From positions 64,001-128,000 of the forward strand of contig OY969554.1 of NCBI GenBank assembly GCA_963700985.1: a DNA stretch of 64,000 nt. Reading direction: 5' to 3'. The notes under the pieces are model-generated. The model saw only the letters and a program-made list of their open reading frames with translations. It did no database searches and was not told the DNA's origin. This stretch comes from an uncultured Chlamydiales bacterium (GTDB taxonomy: Bacteria; Chlamydiota; Chlamydiia; Chlamydiales; Rhabdochlamydiaceae). Each line of letters opens with the position of its first letter. The stretch's first letter is position 1. The position numbers and the translations under genes are program-made. Positions 1 to 9,756 of this stretch are shown piece after piece.

Positions 1-235
1 GCCCAATAGCCACGTAACGCAGAATAGTCGGAGAGACACCGGTCACATGAACCAGCCAAGAAAGAGCCAAAGTAAAGAACGAAAAACTGCAGATAAGCCC
101 GAGAATTGTGCCCAAAGGACGCAGACGCCCCTCAGCAATACCGGCGGTTAAAATCGCAGGTAGCACAGGTAAAATACAGGGAGAAAGCGCTGTAAAAATT
201 CCCGCTAGAAAAGAAAATCCGAGCAAAAACAGCAT
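1..235 (-). CDS. Cytochrome c biogenesis/disulfide transporter CcdA/DipZ family, 5' part (runs off window)
   Basis: Manual translation MLFLLGFSFLAGIFTALSPCILPVLPAILTAG...; SPCILPVLP is the CcdA/DsbD-beta motif; GGAG RBS; absent from ORF track. Confidence 0.85.
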   Translation of the reverse strand, partial: MLFLLGFSFLAGIFTALSPCILPVLPAILTAGIAEGRLRPLGTILGLICSFSFFTLALSWLVHVTGVSPTILRYVAIG

Positions 236-373
236 AAGCTCCGTGTGTATCTCTTTTCTTGATAATCAGATTGAAATGCTTTGTAAAGTTATTTAAGAAG
301 AGGAATGGACAAATCGATAGGTCTCTCATATGATGAGCCTATAAATTTAACAGCTTTCAAGAGAGAGGGTTCT

Positions 374-853
374 ATGGGTCAGCGCGTCAATTATTTTAAG
401 CAGTCTCAAGAGCTAGCAAACAAGCTTTTAGAGTTAAGCCAGACCTTAACTACTAGCAGCTTGGGGCCAACTCTTCTAGATCTCATTAATATCCGCGCAT
501 CGCTTTTGAATGGCTGCGCATTTTGTGTCGATATGCACGTTAAAGAAGCAAAGATTCATGGCGAACGTGAACTTCGCATCTACCACATTCCAATCTGGCG
601 TGAATCAACACTCTTTTCTGCGAAAGAACGCGCGCTTTTGGAATGGACCGAAGCCGTTACCAAACTGCCTGAGCATGGCATCCCGGATGAAATATTCCAG
701 CGCGTGCGCGGCCAGCTTTCAGAAAAAGAGATCTCTGATGCCACAATTGCAATTGGCGTTATCAATCTTTGGAACCGCCTAGGCATCAGCTTTACGAGTG
801 TTCCAGGCTCCTTCGATGCCACCCTTGGCTTAAGCAAAGCTGGCCTGAATTAA
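374..853 (+). CDS. Carboxymuconolactone decarboxylase/AhpD-like alkylhydroperoxidase
   Basis: RASLLNGCAFCVDMH motif, INLWNR; start moved to ATG 374 after GAGGG. Confidence 0.9.
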   Translation: MGQRVNYFKQSQELANKLLELSQTLTTSSLGPTLLDLINIRASLLNGCAFCVDMHVKEAKIHGERELRIYHIPIWRESTLFSAKERALLEWTEAVTKLPEHGIPDEIFQRVRGQLSEKEISDATIAIGVINLWNRLGISFTSVPGSFDATLGLSKAGLN

Positions 854-887
854 TAGCCTAGGATGTGATTTCGCTTTTGAACTAAAA

Positions 888-1388
888 CTAGCGGGCACCT
901 TCATAGCTATTGAAGACTTCATTGATTTCTGTGATCAAAAGTTCATCGTTGCAACGCAAGATCACGAGAGTATTCCAAATGCCTGCTTTTTCTGTGTGAA
1001 CAAGAAAACGCACAACGACAGTTCGACCATCTTCTCCTGGAATAACATCCAGTGATTCCATGCTCCAAAATCCCACCTTTTCGCCGGTGGATAATAGCTG
1101 TGATACAAAATGCTCAGATCCTTGGTACCAGACAGCTCCATTCACAATTTTTTTGCAGTCCGGTGTACAGAGTGAAGAAACATCTTTTTCATGCGAACGA
1201 TTTTGGTTAGCTCCAATACGATTTAAAAGAGCGATGTAATTTTCACCAACACTAGCTAACGTTCTCATTTTCTCTTCCTCGGTTTTTACATGTTGAATAT
1301 TGATCGCTTCTGAAGGAGATATGCTCCTTGTCTCGGCATGGAGAAGAGCTGAAAGAAATATACAAGAATGAACTAGGACAAACTTCAT
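888..1388 (-). CDS. Exported hypothetical protein, possibly NTF2/SnoaL-like fold
   Basis: Signal peptide; helix plus beta-strand pattern ending ITEINEV. Confidence 0.55.
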   Translation of the reverse strand: MKFVLVHSCIFLSALLHAETRSISPSEAINIQHVKTEEEKMRTLASVGENYIALLNRIGANQNRSHEKDVSSLCTPDCKKIVNGAVWYQGSEHFVSQLLSTGEKVGFWSMESLDVIPGEDGRTVVVRFLVHTEKAGIWNTLVILRCNDELLITEINEVFNSYEGAR

Positions 1389-1547
1389 AAAGCACCCAAT
1401 TTTAATGAAAACGAAATTATAGGAAAAATAAGCTTCAAGGGAAATGTAAAATTGCGATTGCTAAGAGCTTTTCGATGCGGACAAAATTCTAAGATTTACT
1501 AGAATAGATCAAAAAATTCTTTTCTCTCTTCAGTCCATTGCGTCCAC

Positions 1548-2603
1548 TTAGTCCATTTCTCTATTCATAGGCACACAGCGGAAAATGCTCGTATCGCTCG
1601 AGTTGATGGTGATCAACGCAGGGGGCGGAGTGGATGGAATAGTGAACCGATACTTGATGATTCCGTAGAAGCCAGATGCAGGTGGGGGAGGAGACTCACA
1701 AACTGGATATAGAGTTTCATCATGCTGCAGATTAGAAGAGGGGAAGATAGGTGGCGGTGTATTGGGGCCGCCTGGGCTTCTATATTCATACAGGTAATAA
1801 TCACCTGGGGTCAATCCTTCAATGGCAGGCGTTAGATGTGTAATGGCTGAGTAATGGTTGGTAGGATCAACTCCAACGAGGTCAGGCTCGCCACTCTGAT
1901 CTGCCGTGACGCTTACCGCATAGGAAGCAGGATTTTTACATCCTGTGATCGCAAATCCATAGCATTGACCCGTATTGGAAATCGCATAAGGAAAGTCTGA
2001 GTTATCAGCAGGGCTATCCTTGGCGAGATGATCACTGCCTGGCGGATCAAACGTTCTATCTTTGGTAAATTCGCTGATGGGAATAACAAACGTATCTACG
2101 GGTGTGCTGCCATCGGGAGTATAAAGGCCATGATCTTGTATGGTGATATTGGTCTCATCAATGGTCGTGACGGTCACGATATGGTCATACTGCGGATCGG
2201 GTTTTCCAGCATCAGAGCCAAAAAGGCTATGGTTTTCATAGACGCCGATAATTGCCGGATGTCCTGCATTAATTTCGCTGCGTATCCAAGCGATAAATGC
2301 GCTTCCATTGCTGATAGCGCTCTTTGAGGGAAGCTCGGCTATTAAGCCAAATTCTGAAGCTAATGTACTGTCGGACGCATCATCATTGAGCAGAATCTGA
2401 TTATCTTGTGCATCTTGTGAAAATTGGTTCGCGATTTCTCTGGCCGTGTATTGGGACATATATTGACCTTGCGTCATGCCCGTAACGATTAGCGAAGTTT
2501 CGCCGCAATAGCCATTGTTGTCGTTCCACTGATGTCGAACCGGAATCGAGATTATTTCCTGAGCTGAGTTGATGTAGTGATGATGAGCGTAAGGAATTTC
2601 CAT
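1548..2603 (-). CDS. Papain-like (C39-like) peptidase domain protein
   Basis: QW..GYCGETS (Cys), YDHIVTV (His), IQD (Asp) in catalytic order. Confidence 0.55.
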   Translation of the reverse strand: MEIPYAHHHYINSAQEIISIPVRHQWNDNNGYCGETSLIVTGMTQGQYMSQYTAREIANQFSQDAQDNQILLNDDASDSTLASEFGLIAELPSKSAISNGSAFIAWIRSEINAGHPAIIGVYENHSLFGSDAGKPDPQYDHIVTVTTIDETNITIQDHGLYTPDGSTPVDTFVIPISEFTKDRTFDPPGSDHLAKDSPADNSDFPYAISNTGQCYGFAITGCKNPASYAVSVTADQSGEPDLVGVDPTNHYSAITHLTPAIEGLTPGDYYLYEYRSPGGPNTPPPIFPSSNLQHDETLYPVCESPPPPASGFYGIIKYRFTIPSTPPPALITINSSDTSIFRCVPMNREMD

Positions 2604-2640
2604 AGACGCATTTTATATATGCAAAGTAAATTAAAGTCTA

Positions 2641-2700
2641 TTTTTGAGAGCGTGCGATTTGTCGATGCCCTAAAAATCATCGTGCAAGATAACGGGGTCT
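2641..2700 (+). repeat. Degenerate REP copy plus RAYT 3'-end remnant
   Basis: TTTTTGAGAGCGTGCGATTTGTCGATGCCC then TAAAAATCATC; minus strand reads DPVILHDDF*, like the 20602 remnant. Confidence 0.6.
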
Positions 2701-2730
2701 TTAGAACATTCAGGCAAGTTTTTAAATAGG

Positions 2731-3552
2731 ATGTGCATGTTTACTCAATTTAATTTGTTCTTGTTAACTTTGCTTTCTGTATTACTTATTAATCCCTGTA
2801 GGGTCACGGCTGAAAATAGCGAAAACCTTACAACAAGAGATTTAACGCAAACAGCTTTGTTTGCGAGTTTGGGCTCTGCATGCACGCCAGCTACTTTAAC
2901 TAAGCTTTGTGGTATCAGAACTGCTTCATTTCCATTTGATTGGATTGTATCTATGGATGGAGAGAAGTTTATAGAAATGCTAGAAGATGATTTTTTGCAT
3001 TTTTTTAATATGGAACATCTGGTTCGCGATGATAACTTCCGTCAGAATATCTACAATACTCCAGCTCATGGTAACGTTCTTTTGAACACTTATTATCACT
3101 TGGAATTTCTTCATGAGGTGGGAAGCTGGAAGACACAATTTTTCTCCACTTTTCAAACTTTTAGAAATAGATATGAAAGAAGAATTGCTAGATTCAGGAA
3201 TCTAAAGAATTTTCCTGGAAAAGTTTTTTTTATGAGATCTTCCTATCCTACTTCAGATCCTCATCGTTTCTTTAGATTTAAAGAGAATAATGAAATCAAT
3301 GAAGAAAATGCAGTGCGATTTTATATGACACTTAAAAAATATTTTCCAGATTTGGATTTCACCTTAATTATTATAAATTATCACGAAAATGAAAAAGAAT
3401 ATGTTGCTCAAAGAGTGTTAAGCGACAACTTGCTCATGATTAATATTCCACTAAGAAATGATCCTTACATGATAAAAATATACAGGGATTATTTTTTGGG
3501 ATTAATGGGTGAAAGGTCACTTTTACCAAATGAGGCTCTTGATCTTTACTGA
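2731..3552 (+). CDS. DUF1796 family putative papain-like cysteine peptidase
   Basis: SLGSAC, FPFDW, FLHE and RYERRIARF motifs; signal peptide; AT-rich. Confidence 0.8.
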   Translation: MCMFTQFNLFLLTLLSVLLINPCRVTAENSENLTTRDLTQTALFASLGSACTPATLTKLCGIRTASFPFDWIVSMDGEKFIEMLEDDFLHFFNMEHLVRDDNFRQNIYNTPAHGNVLLNTYYHLEFLHEVGSWKTQFFSTFQTFRNRYERRIARFRNLKNFPGKVFFMRSSYPTSDPHRFFRFKENNEINEENAVRFYMTLKKYFPDLDFTLIIINYHENEKEYVAQRVLSDNLLMINIPLRNDPYMIKIYRDYFLGLMGERSLLPNEALDLY

Positions 3553-3553
3553 C

Positions 3554-3592
3554 TTTTGAGTGCGCGCGACTTGTCACCGCTTTCATCTAGAC
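3554..3592 (+). repeat. Degenerate REP copy
   Basis: TTTTGAGTGCGCGCGACTTGTCACCGCTTTCAT matches the REP family. Confidence 0.65.
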
Positions 3593-3598
3593 GCTCTC

Positions 3599-4990
3599 TT
3601 AACGTTTACACTTTTGAGAAACTGTTACTGCAACGGGATTAGATGTAATTCCTGCCGCATTTGTTCCTACGATGTAATAGGTATAGATGATGTTTGATCT
3701 TCGGTTATTATCAAAAAACACTAATGGTTGCGTAGCCTCTACGGTGCCTACTAAATCGGTCAATTCTTCATCGCGGTACACTGAATAAGTTACAGGCTGC
3801 GATGCTCCTGAAACTGCCCAAGTTAATTTGTTGATCAGATCTTTTTGAGTCAAAAACTTGGTTTTGGTTTTGCATCCATTGGCCACGATCTGAAAGGTCT
3901 GTAGGGGTATGACACTCACGGTGTTGGAGGTGTAGTTAGTAACATACGCATATGCACCATCAGGTGAGATGGCAATTGCATCGGGTGACAGCCCAACATC
4001 GATAGTTGGAGAAATGACCTGATTTGTCTTGGTGTCAATGATGTTAACTGTGCCAGGTCCAGCTGTTAAAGCATTGAAGTTAGGTGCAAGATAAAGCGTA
4101 TTATAGTTAGAGACATACACTAAAGAACCATCGGGTGTGATCGCAACCCCAGCTGGCTGTATCCCTAGATTGATTGTTGCAATAACTGTATTAGTATGCA
4201 AATTGACGACGCTTACGGTGTTGCCTGTGGGCGAGAAGTTGTTGCTTCCAAAATTAGTTACATAGGCATAGTTGCCGTTTGGAGTTATTGCAATTCCAAA
4301 TGGCCCAGAAAATCCGGGGATAGTATCGACGACGGTGTTATTACTAGTTTGGATGACGCTTATTGTACCCGTACCGGGATTGCCATCGACATAATTAGCC
4401 ACATAGACAAATGCGCCATCGGGTGTGATTGCCATTGCAGCTGGAGCTAGACCTACGGTAATTGGCGAACCAACAATAGCATTCGTTAAAAGATCGACCG
4501 TTCTCAATGTTGTTCCATTGCCACTTCCAACGCCGCCAGGGCCACCATAATTATTTACATAAGCCTCACTCCCATCAGGAGTGATAACTAAACCTGATGG
4601 ACCATCAAAACCGCCAATCACGGCTGAAACCGTATTCGTTGTGGTATCTATAACAGTCACGGTTGTGCTGTTACTATTGGTTACGTACGCCTTTGTTCCT
4701 GCAGCATTAATCGTCACTGTATAGGGTTCATTAAAGCTGGCGTCAGTGATGGTTGTTTCTACAGTGTCATTTGTTAGGTTCAATACACTTACGGTATCTG
4801 CACCTGCAATAGAATAATTGTTGTTGTTTGCAACGTAAGCAAAAAGACTGTTAGGAGTTACAGCAATTCCAGCCGGAGTCACCCCTACATCGATAGTCGC
4901 AGAAACCGTGTTAGCTTCAACGGCATCTAAAATGCTCGAGCAGAAAAATAAAAAACTTGCCAAACAGACTGTTAATTTTATCATCATCAT
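3599..4990 (-). CDS. YVTN/YncE beta-propeller repeat protein, exported
   Basis: Repeated P.GIAITPDG..AYVTN...NTVSVI units; signal peptide; C-terminal Fn3-like domain. Confidence 0.9.
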   Translation of the reverse strand: MMMIKLTVCLASFLFFCSSILDAVEANTVSATIDVGVTPAGIAVTPNSLFAYVANNNNYSIAGADTVSVLNLTNDTVETTITDASFNEPYTVTINAAGTKAYVTNSNSTTVTVIDTTTNTVSAVIGGFDGPSGLVITPDGSEAYVNNYGGPGGVGSGNGTTLRTVDLLTNAIVGSPITVGLAPAAMAITPDGAFVYVANYVDGNPGTGTISVIQTSNNTVVDTIPGFSGPFGIAITPNGNYAYVTNFGSNNFSPTGNTVSVVNLHTNTVIATINLGIQPAGVAITPDGSLVYVSNYNTLYLAPNFNALTAGPGTVNIIDTKTNQVISPTIDVGLSPDAIAISPDGAYAYVTNYTSNTVSVIPLQTFQIVANGCKTKTKFLTQKDLINKLTWAVSGASQPVTYSVYRDEELTDLVGTVEATQPLVFFDNNRRSNIIYTYYIVGTNAAGITSNPVAVTVSQKCKR

Positions 4991-5637
4991 TAAAATTTTA
5001 TGCCGATTCCTGCACCGAGCTGTAGAGAGCTTAAGTTTGCACTGTCTCTATACACAACTGGTTCAGATTCGGATTGGTGAAAAAATATCCGTTGATACAT
5101 GTAGTTGAAGAAGCCATCGATAAACCAGCGATTTGCAAAATAGTAAACAGTCCCTGTTTTAACTATTGCTCCAAAGTTGCTTGCAGAGGTGTGCCTATGT
5201 ACGTATGCAGAACGATCTAGCGTATGCAAAAAGCTGTAGCAGGGACCTACACCCACGTAAAGATCAATTGATTTACCTACTTGGTAAAGATACTTGATTC
5301 CAGCACTGAGTGGTATGAAGCTCAAGTGAGTTGAGTTGTGATTATTGCCAATGGAGTGTCCGTTCCCAAACACATAAGATACATCTAGCCATATGTCCCA
5401 AGATTTATGAAAACGCCAGTTTCCTTCCAATGTAAATAAGGGCAATGCTGTTCCATAAACGCGGCGCATGGTTGATCCCAGAGGGAAAAATGCAGCTGCT
5501 TGAGCTTCAATCGAAAACGGGTCTCTTACCGTTGTTGTATTGCAAGAACAAGGAGCACTATCAGAAGAGCTCCAAGCTTGCACAAGAGGTAAAGATAAAG
5601 CAAGCACGCCAAAGAACTTTAGGATGTGATCATTCAT
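4990..5637 (-). CDS. Outer-membrane beta-barrel protein
   Basis: Signal peptide, alternating beta strands, C-terminal GAGIGIKF; stop overlaps next start. Confidence 0.75.
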   Translation of the reverse strand: MNDHILKFFGVLALSLPLVQAWSSSDSAPCSCNTTTVRDPFSIEAQAAAFFPLGSTMRRVYGTALPLFTLEGNWRFHKSWDIWLDVSYVFGNGHSIGNNHNSTHLSFIPLSAGIKYLYQVGKSIDLYVGVGPCYSFLHTLDRSAYVHRHTSASNFGAIVKTGTVYYFANRWFIDGFFNYMYQRIFFHQSESEPVVYRDSANLSSLQLGAGIGIKF

Positions 5638-5729
5638 GTGCGCAACGATACTATTAACTAAAAATTTAATTCAATAGCGCGAAAAGCACATTCAGAAATT
5701 GTGAATGCAAACAGAGTCAATAATTTGAC

Positions 5730-5756
5730 AAAGGCCGGGAGGTTTTCCCGGCCTTT
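5730..5756. terminator. Intrinsic terminator hairpin
   Basis: AAAGGCCGGGA-GGTTT-TCCCGGCCTTT downstream of the symporter gene. Confidence 0.8.
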
Positions 5757-5768
5757 AGGCTGCTTTCT

Positions 5769-6989
5769 TCAGGGATTTTGTTCCTGAAGCTCAACGGTTT
5801 CACTGCATTCTTTATTCACAATAGATGTCACACTTAGGTCGGACCAAACATTCAAGGCTGTCTCTTCCATATCGATAAGGGCATAGAAGGGAAGAATTAG
5901 TCCCATAGTTGCTAAAGGAACATTCATGCTAATCAGAAATGCGCTGCTTAAAAAGAAGCAGCCCATGGGCACTCCGGCATTTCCCACGGCAGCAAGCACC
6001 GACATAACTACCCAGAAGGCTAGATCTAGTGGCGAAAATAGGTGTCCATGTATGCCTGCCACAAAGAGAACTGTGGTTAAAATGAATGCTGCGCAACCAT
6101 TCATGTTAATAACTGTGCAAAGAGGAAGTGTGAAATTGGCTACTTCAGGCCGAATGCCTAATTCCTCTTTGGCGACTTTCAAGCTGATTGGAAGCGTGGC
6201 ATTTGAGGATTTGGTAAAAAAGGCCATCAAGAGTGCTTTGCTTCCGCCTTTTGCTATTTTCCAGGGTGAAAGTCCTCTGGCTTTCAAAAGCAGAGGAATC
6301 ACCACAACTCCCTGGATGAGATTTGCCAAGACAATAACTTTTAAATAGGTCCATAGGCCGCTTACTGCTGTACTATGTTCTTGGATTTCTCTCACCAATA
6401 GAGCCATGAATGCCCAAATTGCAACCGGCATTACATACCCTGCAACTGCTGCTATTTTTAGAAATAGTTGAAACAAGGCAGAAAAGCCCTTCTGCAGCGT
6501 GCTGCGCTGCTCATTAGGAAGAAAGTGAGCTGTAATTCCAAACAGGAAAGCCAGAAATGCAATGGAAATCACCTTATTTTCTAGGAACGCCTTGAAAATA
6601 TTAGAGGGGATGATCTCCATCAAAAATTGAAGATAAGAAGGCTGTTCTCCCACCATTAATGTTTCGCTACCTTGTTGAGCAGATGAAACTGGATCCATCA
6701 CTAAAAAAAATCCTAAGGCCACAACAGAGGCCAAAACTGTCGTGATCAATGTATAAGTAATGGCCTTTCTGCCGAGACTTTTTATTTGCTCAAACCCACG
6801 CATATTTAGGAGCGTAGAAAGGATAGCCAACAAAACGATTGGAGCCGCGATCATCGAGAGATAATTTAAAAACAGCGTAGAGACAATTTCTGCAGCTGTT
6901 ATCAATATTTTTTGGTTGAGAAAACCTGTGCCAAGACCGAGCAAAATTGAAACAAATAATATAACGTAATAGCGCGTGTGCTTATTCAT
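5769..6989 (-). CDS. Dicarboxylate/amino acid:cation symporter (SDF/DAACS family)
   Basis: FFTKSSNATLP, LPLCTVINMNG, GNAGVP and ETALNVWSD motifs. Confidence 0.92.
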   Translation of the reverse strand: MNKHTRYYVILFVSILLGLGTGFLNQKILITAAEIVSTLFLNYLSMIAAPIVLLAILSTLLNMRGFEQIKSLGRKAITYTLITTVLASVVALGFFLVMDPVSSAQQGSETLMVGEQPSYLQFLMEIIPSNIFKAFLENKVISIAFLAFLFGITAHFLPNEQRSTLQKGFSALFQLFLKIAAVAGYVMPVAIWAFMALLVREIQEHSTAVSGLWTYLKVIVLANLIQGVVVIPLLLKARGLSPWKIAKGGSKALLMAFFTKSSNATLPISLKVAKEELGIRPEVANFTLPLCTVINMNGCAAFILTTVLFVAGIHGHLFSPLDLAFWVVMSVLAAVGNAGVPMGCFFLSSAFLISMNVPLATMGLILPFYALIDMEETALNVWSDLSVTSIVNKECSETVELQEQNP

Positions 6990-7042
6990 AAAACCTGAGG
7001 TTTAAAAAATTTTCTTAAATAGAAGTAGTGAGGGTCAGTAAA

Positions 7043-7111
7043 TTAGATATTGGTGCGTGAGGCCGCACAACAGAAACGACAGGTTCTAGAAGATGGGATC
7101 AAATTCAACAT
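7043..7111 (-). CDS. Putative leader peptide MLNLIPSSRTCRFCCAASRTNI
   Basis: 22-aa ORF 53 bp upstream of the symporter; ATG lies 7 nt after a -10 box. Confidence 0.45.
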   Translation of the reverse strand: MLNLIPSSRTCRFCCAASRTNI

Positions 7112-7118
7112 GCTAGTG

Positions 7119-7147
7119 ATTATGTCAAAAGCCCCTGATGGCAGCAA
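7119..7147 (-). promoter_or_regulatory. sigma70/66-type promoter
   Basis: TTGCTG-N17-CATAAT on the minus strand. Confidence 0.5.
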
Positions 7148-7163
7148 GCTAAAAAAGCACTAC

Positions 7164-7559
7164 TTACGGCGTCAGCGAAGGGTCGAGAAACTGCGCTATG
7201 CCGTTGCCAAATGACCAATCTTCTTTTTCAATTTGAACTAGAGTGACGAAGACGTCTTCTTTTCTGACCTTGGGATTTTTGGTTAGGACTTTAACGAGCT
7301 CTTGATAGAGCTTTTTCTTCTTGTCTTGAGGTCTCTTGACCGACGTAATATAAATCGCAATAACGTTATCTGAGCGCCGAACGCCCCAAATTGTTTTGTC
7401 AAAGTGGAAGTGACTTTTCTTATATTCTGAGATCAATTGAAAGCGATCGTTTTTTGGGATTTGCCACGCGCTAACGAGTGCTTGGTGGACTCCATCAGCA
7501 ACGGCCTTGATATATTTTGGCGTCTTGCCTTTGGCTAAATGAATTTGAACAAGTGGCAT
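7164..7559 (-). CDS. Tautomerase family protein (4-OT/MSAD-like)
   Basis: N-terminal Pro after Met (MPLVQI), DRFQ, WSFGNG. Confidence 0.9.
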   Translation of the reverse strand: MPLVQIHLAKGKTPKYIKAVADGVHQALVSAWQIPKNDRFQLISEYKKSHFHFDKTIWGVRRSDNVIAIYITSVKRPQDKKKKLYQELVKVLTKNPKVRKEDVFVTLVQIEKEDWSFGNGIAQFLDPSLTP

Positions 7560-7575
7560 CTGATTCTCCTGTGTG

Positions 7576-8766
7576 TTATCTGAGTGCGGTTTTTTTGTAG
7601 CCGGCTAAAATTATGAGGCAGGCGAGGAACATCGAGGCTGCTCCGATCATAACAGGCATAAAATAACTGAAGTGGAGGAGCACTCCGCCAAAAAAAGGCG
7701 TCACGGCAAAGGCAAAGGCTTGCAAAGCTTGAAAGACACCCATGGTTTCTCCTTGATCACTCTGAGAGGTTAAATTCGAGACAATGGCAGTTCCAACAGG
7801 AAAAACGAGAGCGATTAAAAATTGCTGGGCTCCGATATTAAGCCAGTAAGATTCGAGCTTGGCGTGAATCAAGAAAGATAAAAACACACCTAGAGCACCG
7901 AGGGAGAGAAGCAAAATAGTAAAGGGCTTAAACTTCTTCACGATGGGACGAATTAGAAGGCCGCTGCTGATGACATAAATCAGCGAGCCAAAGGCATAAA
8001 AGTTTCCAATTTGAGAAGCATCTTGATTGTAACTTTTTATCCAAGTCACGGGAATAAATTCCCAATAAAACGACCAACCAAAGCAGAAGATAAAAAAAGA
8101 TAAGAAGATCACGCGAAATTTAGCTGCAATGGTGGTTTCCCAAAGACGACTTAGCCCTAAAGCAATGGTCAAACGTCCTGTTTTTTTCTCTTTAAGCGTT
8201 TCAGAAAAGAAGAAAGTGATGAGCAGAAAACTCACTAGCGTAAATAACGCCGCGACAATGAAAGGCAGTGCATAGCCATAGACCGATAATTTTCCACCGA
8301 CAAATGGACCAATGGCAAAACCAATCCCGTTTGCCATGGCAATCAAGCCAAAATTCTTTGCTTTTTGAGTTCTAGAACTGAAATCAGCCACAGAAGAATT
8401 GATAACCGCATTATTTCCCGCTCCTAAGCCAGTTACAACGCGCCCTAGAATCAAAATAAAGAGAGATTTCGCAAAGATTCCAAAAGCCGCAATGAGTGCG
8501 CCGATAAAAATGAGTAGAGTCGTGCTTTGCATCAAGGATTTGCGCCCCTTGCGATCTGAGAGTTGCCCTAGGGGCGAGGAACTTAAGAATTGGGCGATTG
8601 GGCATGCAGCCAGCAAAACTCCTAGCCAGAATCCCTGTACGGCAGTGGAAGAATCGCTTAAAAAAATGGAGTTCTCATGGAAAATAGAGGTCGCGAAGAT
8701 GGGATAGACAAGCCCATAGTTCATCCAATTGAGGAAAGACGCAAGACAAAGTATAAGCAGTGGCAT
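7576..8766 (-). CDS. MFS transporter (TetA/DHA1-like)
   Basis: GQLSDRKGRK motif A, GFAIGPFVGG motif C, about 12 TMs. Confidence 0.92.
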   Translation of the reverse strand: MPLLILCLASFLNWMNYGLVYPIFATSIFHENSIFLSDSSTAVQGFWLGVLLAACPIAQFLSSSPLGQLSDRKGRKSLMQSTTLLIFIGALIAAFGIFAKSLFILILGRVVTGLGAGNNAVINSSVADFSSRTQKAKNFGLIAMANGIGFAIGPFVGGKLSVYGYALPFIVAALFTLVSFLLITFFFSETLKEKKTGRLTIALGLSRLWETTIAAKFRVIFLSFFIFCFGWSFYWEFIPVTWIKSYNQDASQIGNFYAFGSLIYVISSGLLIRPIVKKFKPFTILLLSLGALGVFLSFLIHAKLESYWLNIGAQQFLIALVFPVGTAIVSNLTSQSDQGETMGVFQALQAFAFAVTPFFGGVLLHFSYFMPVMIGAASMFLACLIILAGYKKTALR

Positions 8767-8834
8767 AATATTTGATTAATCATCCTGACAGAAAAAAATC
8801 AATAGGATAAACAGAAATAAAGGAGGAGTTTTTT

Positions 8835-9344
8835 ATGAAAACATTTATTTTTCTGTCACTCTGTTTGGGACTACATGTCATGGGAGATACCGCTGAGGCT
8901 AAGCAAGAATATAAGCCTTCCGATGCAAAGGCATTGGGAAAAGAGCTCATGAGCAATTTGCGCGGAGTATTTTCCATAGATCAAAACAACAAAGAAAGGC
9001 TTGGTGGACGAGAAGTTCCAGCTTTACGCAATGGAAATTGGATCATTAATTCGCATCCGATAGCGCTGGTGGATAGTTTTACAAAAGACACAAATACGAT
9101 CGCAACACTTTTTGTAAAAGATGGCAATGAGTTTATACGGCTTTCTACAACAGAAAAAAATGAAAAGCCAGGAACCATTTTAGATCACTCCCATCCAGCA
9201 TATAAGCATCTGATAGGAGAGCTAAGATACACTAACAAAGTTACTCTCTCTGGAAAAGATTACATGGCGGATTATGACGTTTTCCGCGACCGGCAGGGAA
9301 GAGTGGTCGGCGCTTATCTAGTAGGAATCCCTCTGACACCTTAA
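8835..9344 (+). CDS. Stand-alone exported Cache (Cache_3/Cache_2-like) domain protein
   Basis: ATLFVKDGNEFIRLSTT, GTILD..HPAY, LSGKDYMADY; signal peptide. Confidence 0.8.
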   Translation: MKTFIFLSLCLGLHVMGDTAEAKQEYKPSDAKALGKELMSNLRGVFSIDQNNKERLGGREVPALRNGNWIINSHPIALVDSFTKDTNTIATLFVKDGNEFIRLSTTEKNEKPGTILDHSHPAYKHLIGELRYTNKVTLSGKDYMADYDVFRDRQGRVVGAYLVGIPLTP

Positions 9345-9366
9345 CATACTCTAAGGTTCTGAGGGT

Positions 9367-9573
9367 CTATCTGCGCTTAGCGGAGCGTACCTTGAACGAA
9401 CGTGCAATAACCCAGAGAGCCGATAATCCGATAAGGAGGTAAAGGAAGTGTTGCACTTTGGACAATGCGAAAAATGTCCACATGATAAAGTTAAAGTCCG
9501 CGACGCCAACCCCGCCCCAAGCGATGCCGCCAATCACGAGCAAAATTTTTGCCAATCCATCTAGTATTTTCAT
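9367..9573 (-). CDS. DUF378 family small membrane protein
   Basis: LLVIGGIAWG..G..DFN, YLLIGLSALW. Confidence 0.75.
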   Translation of the reverse strand: MKILDGLAKILLVIGGIAWGGVGVADFNFIMWTFFALSKVQHFLYLLIGLSALWVIARSFKVRSAKRR

Positions 9574-9645
9574 AGGTTTTCTCCCTTGGTCTATTCTTCC
9601 ATATAAAATTAAAGAACAATTCTGCAAAACAAAAAAATCATAAGT

Positions 9646-9673
9646 GAGGTGGAGAGACGCTTTCAGAACTTTT
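9646..9673 (+). repeat. tmRNA 3'-end/foreign-arm hybrid (att-like scar)
   Basis: GAGGTGGAGAGA+CGCTTTCAGAACTTTT. Confidence 0.75.
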
Positions 9674-9756
9674 GATCATAAAAAATTGGAAGTTTTTATA
9701 GAATTTTTCGAATTGCAGTACTTATCAAACCGAAAAATTAAAAAGCAGGTTCAGCG

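Noticed and set aside
5680-5702. Additional att scar (CACATTCAGAA); similar weak hits near 865 and 1452
   Set aside because: The tmRNA half is missing; could be chance.
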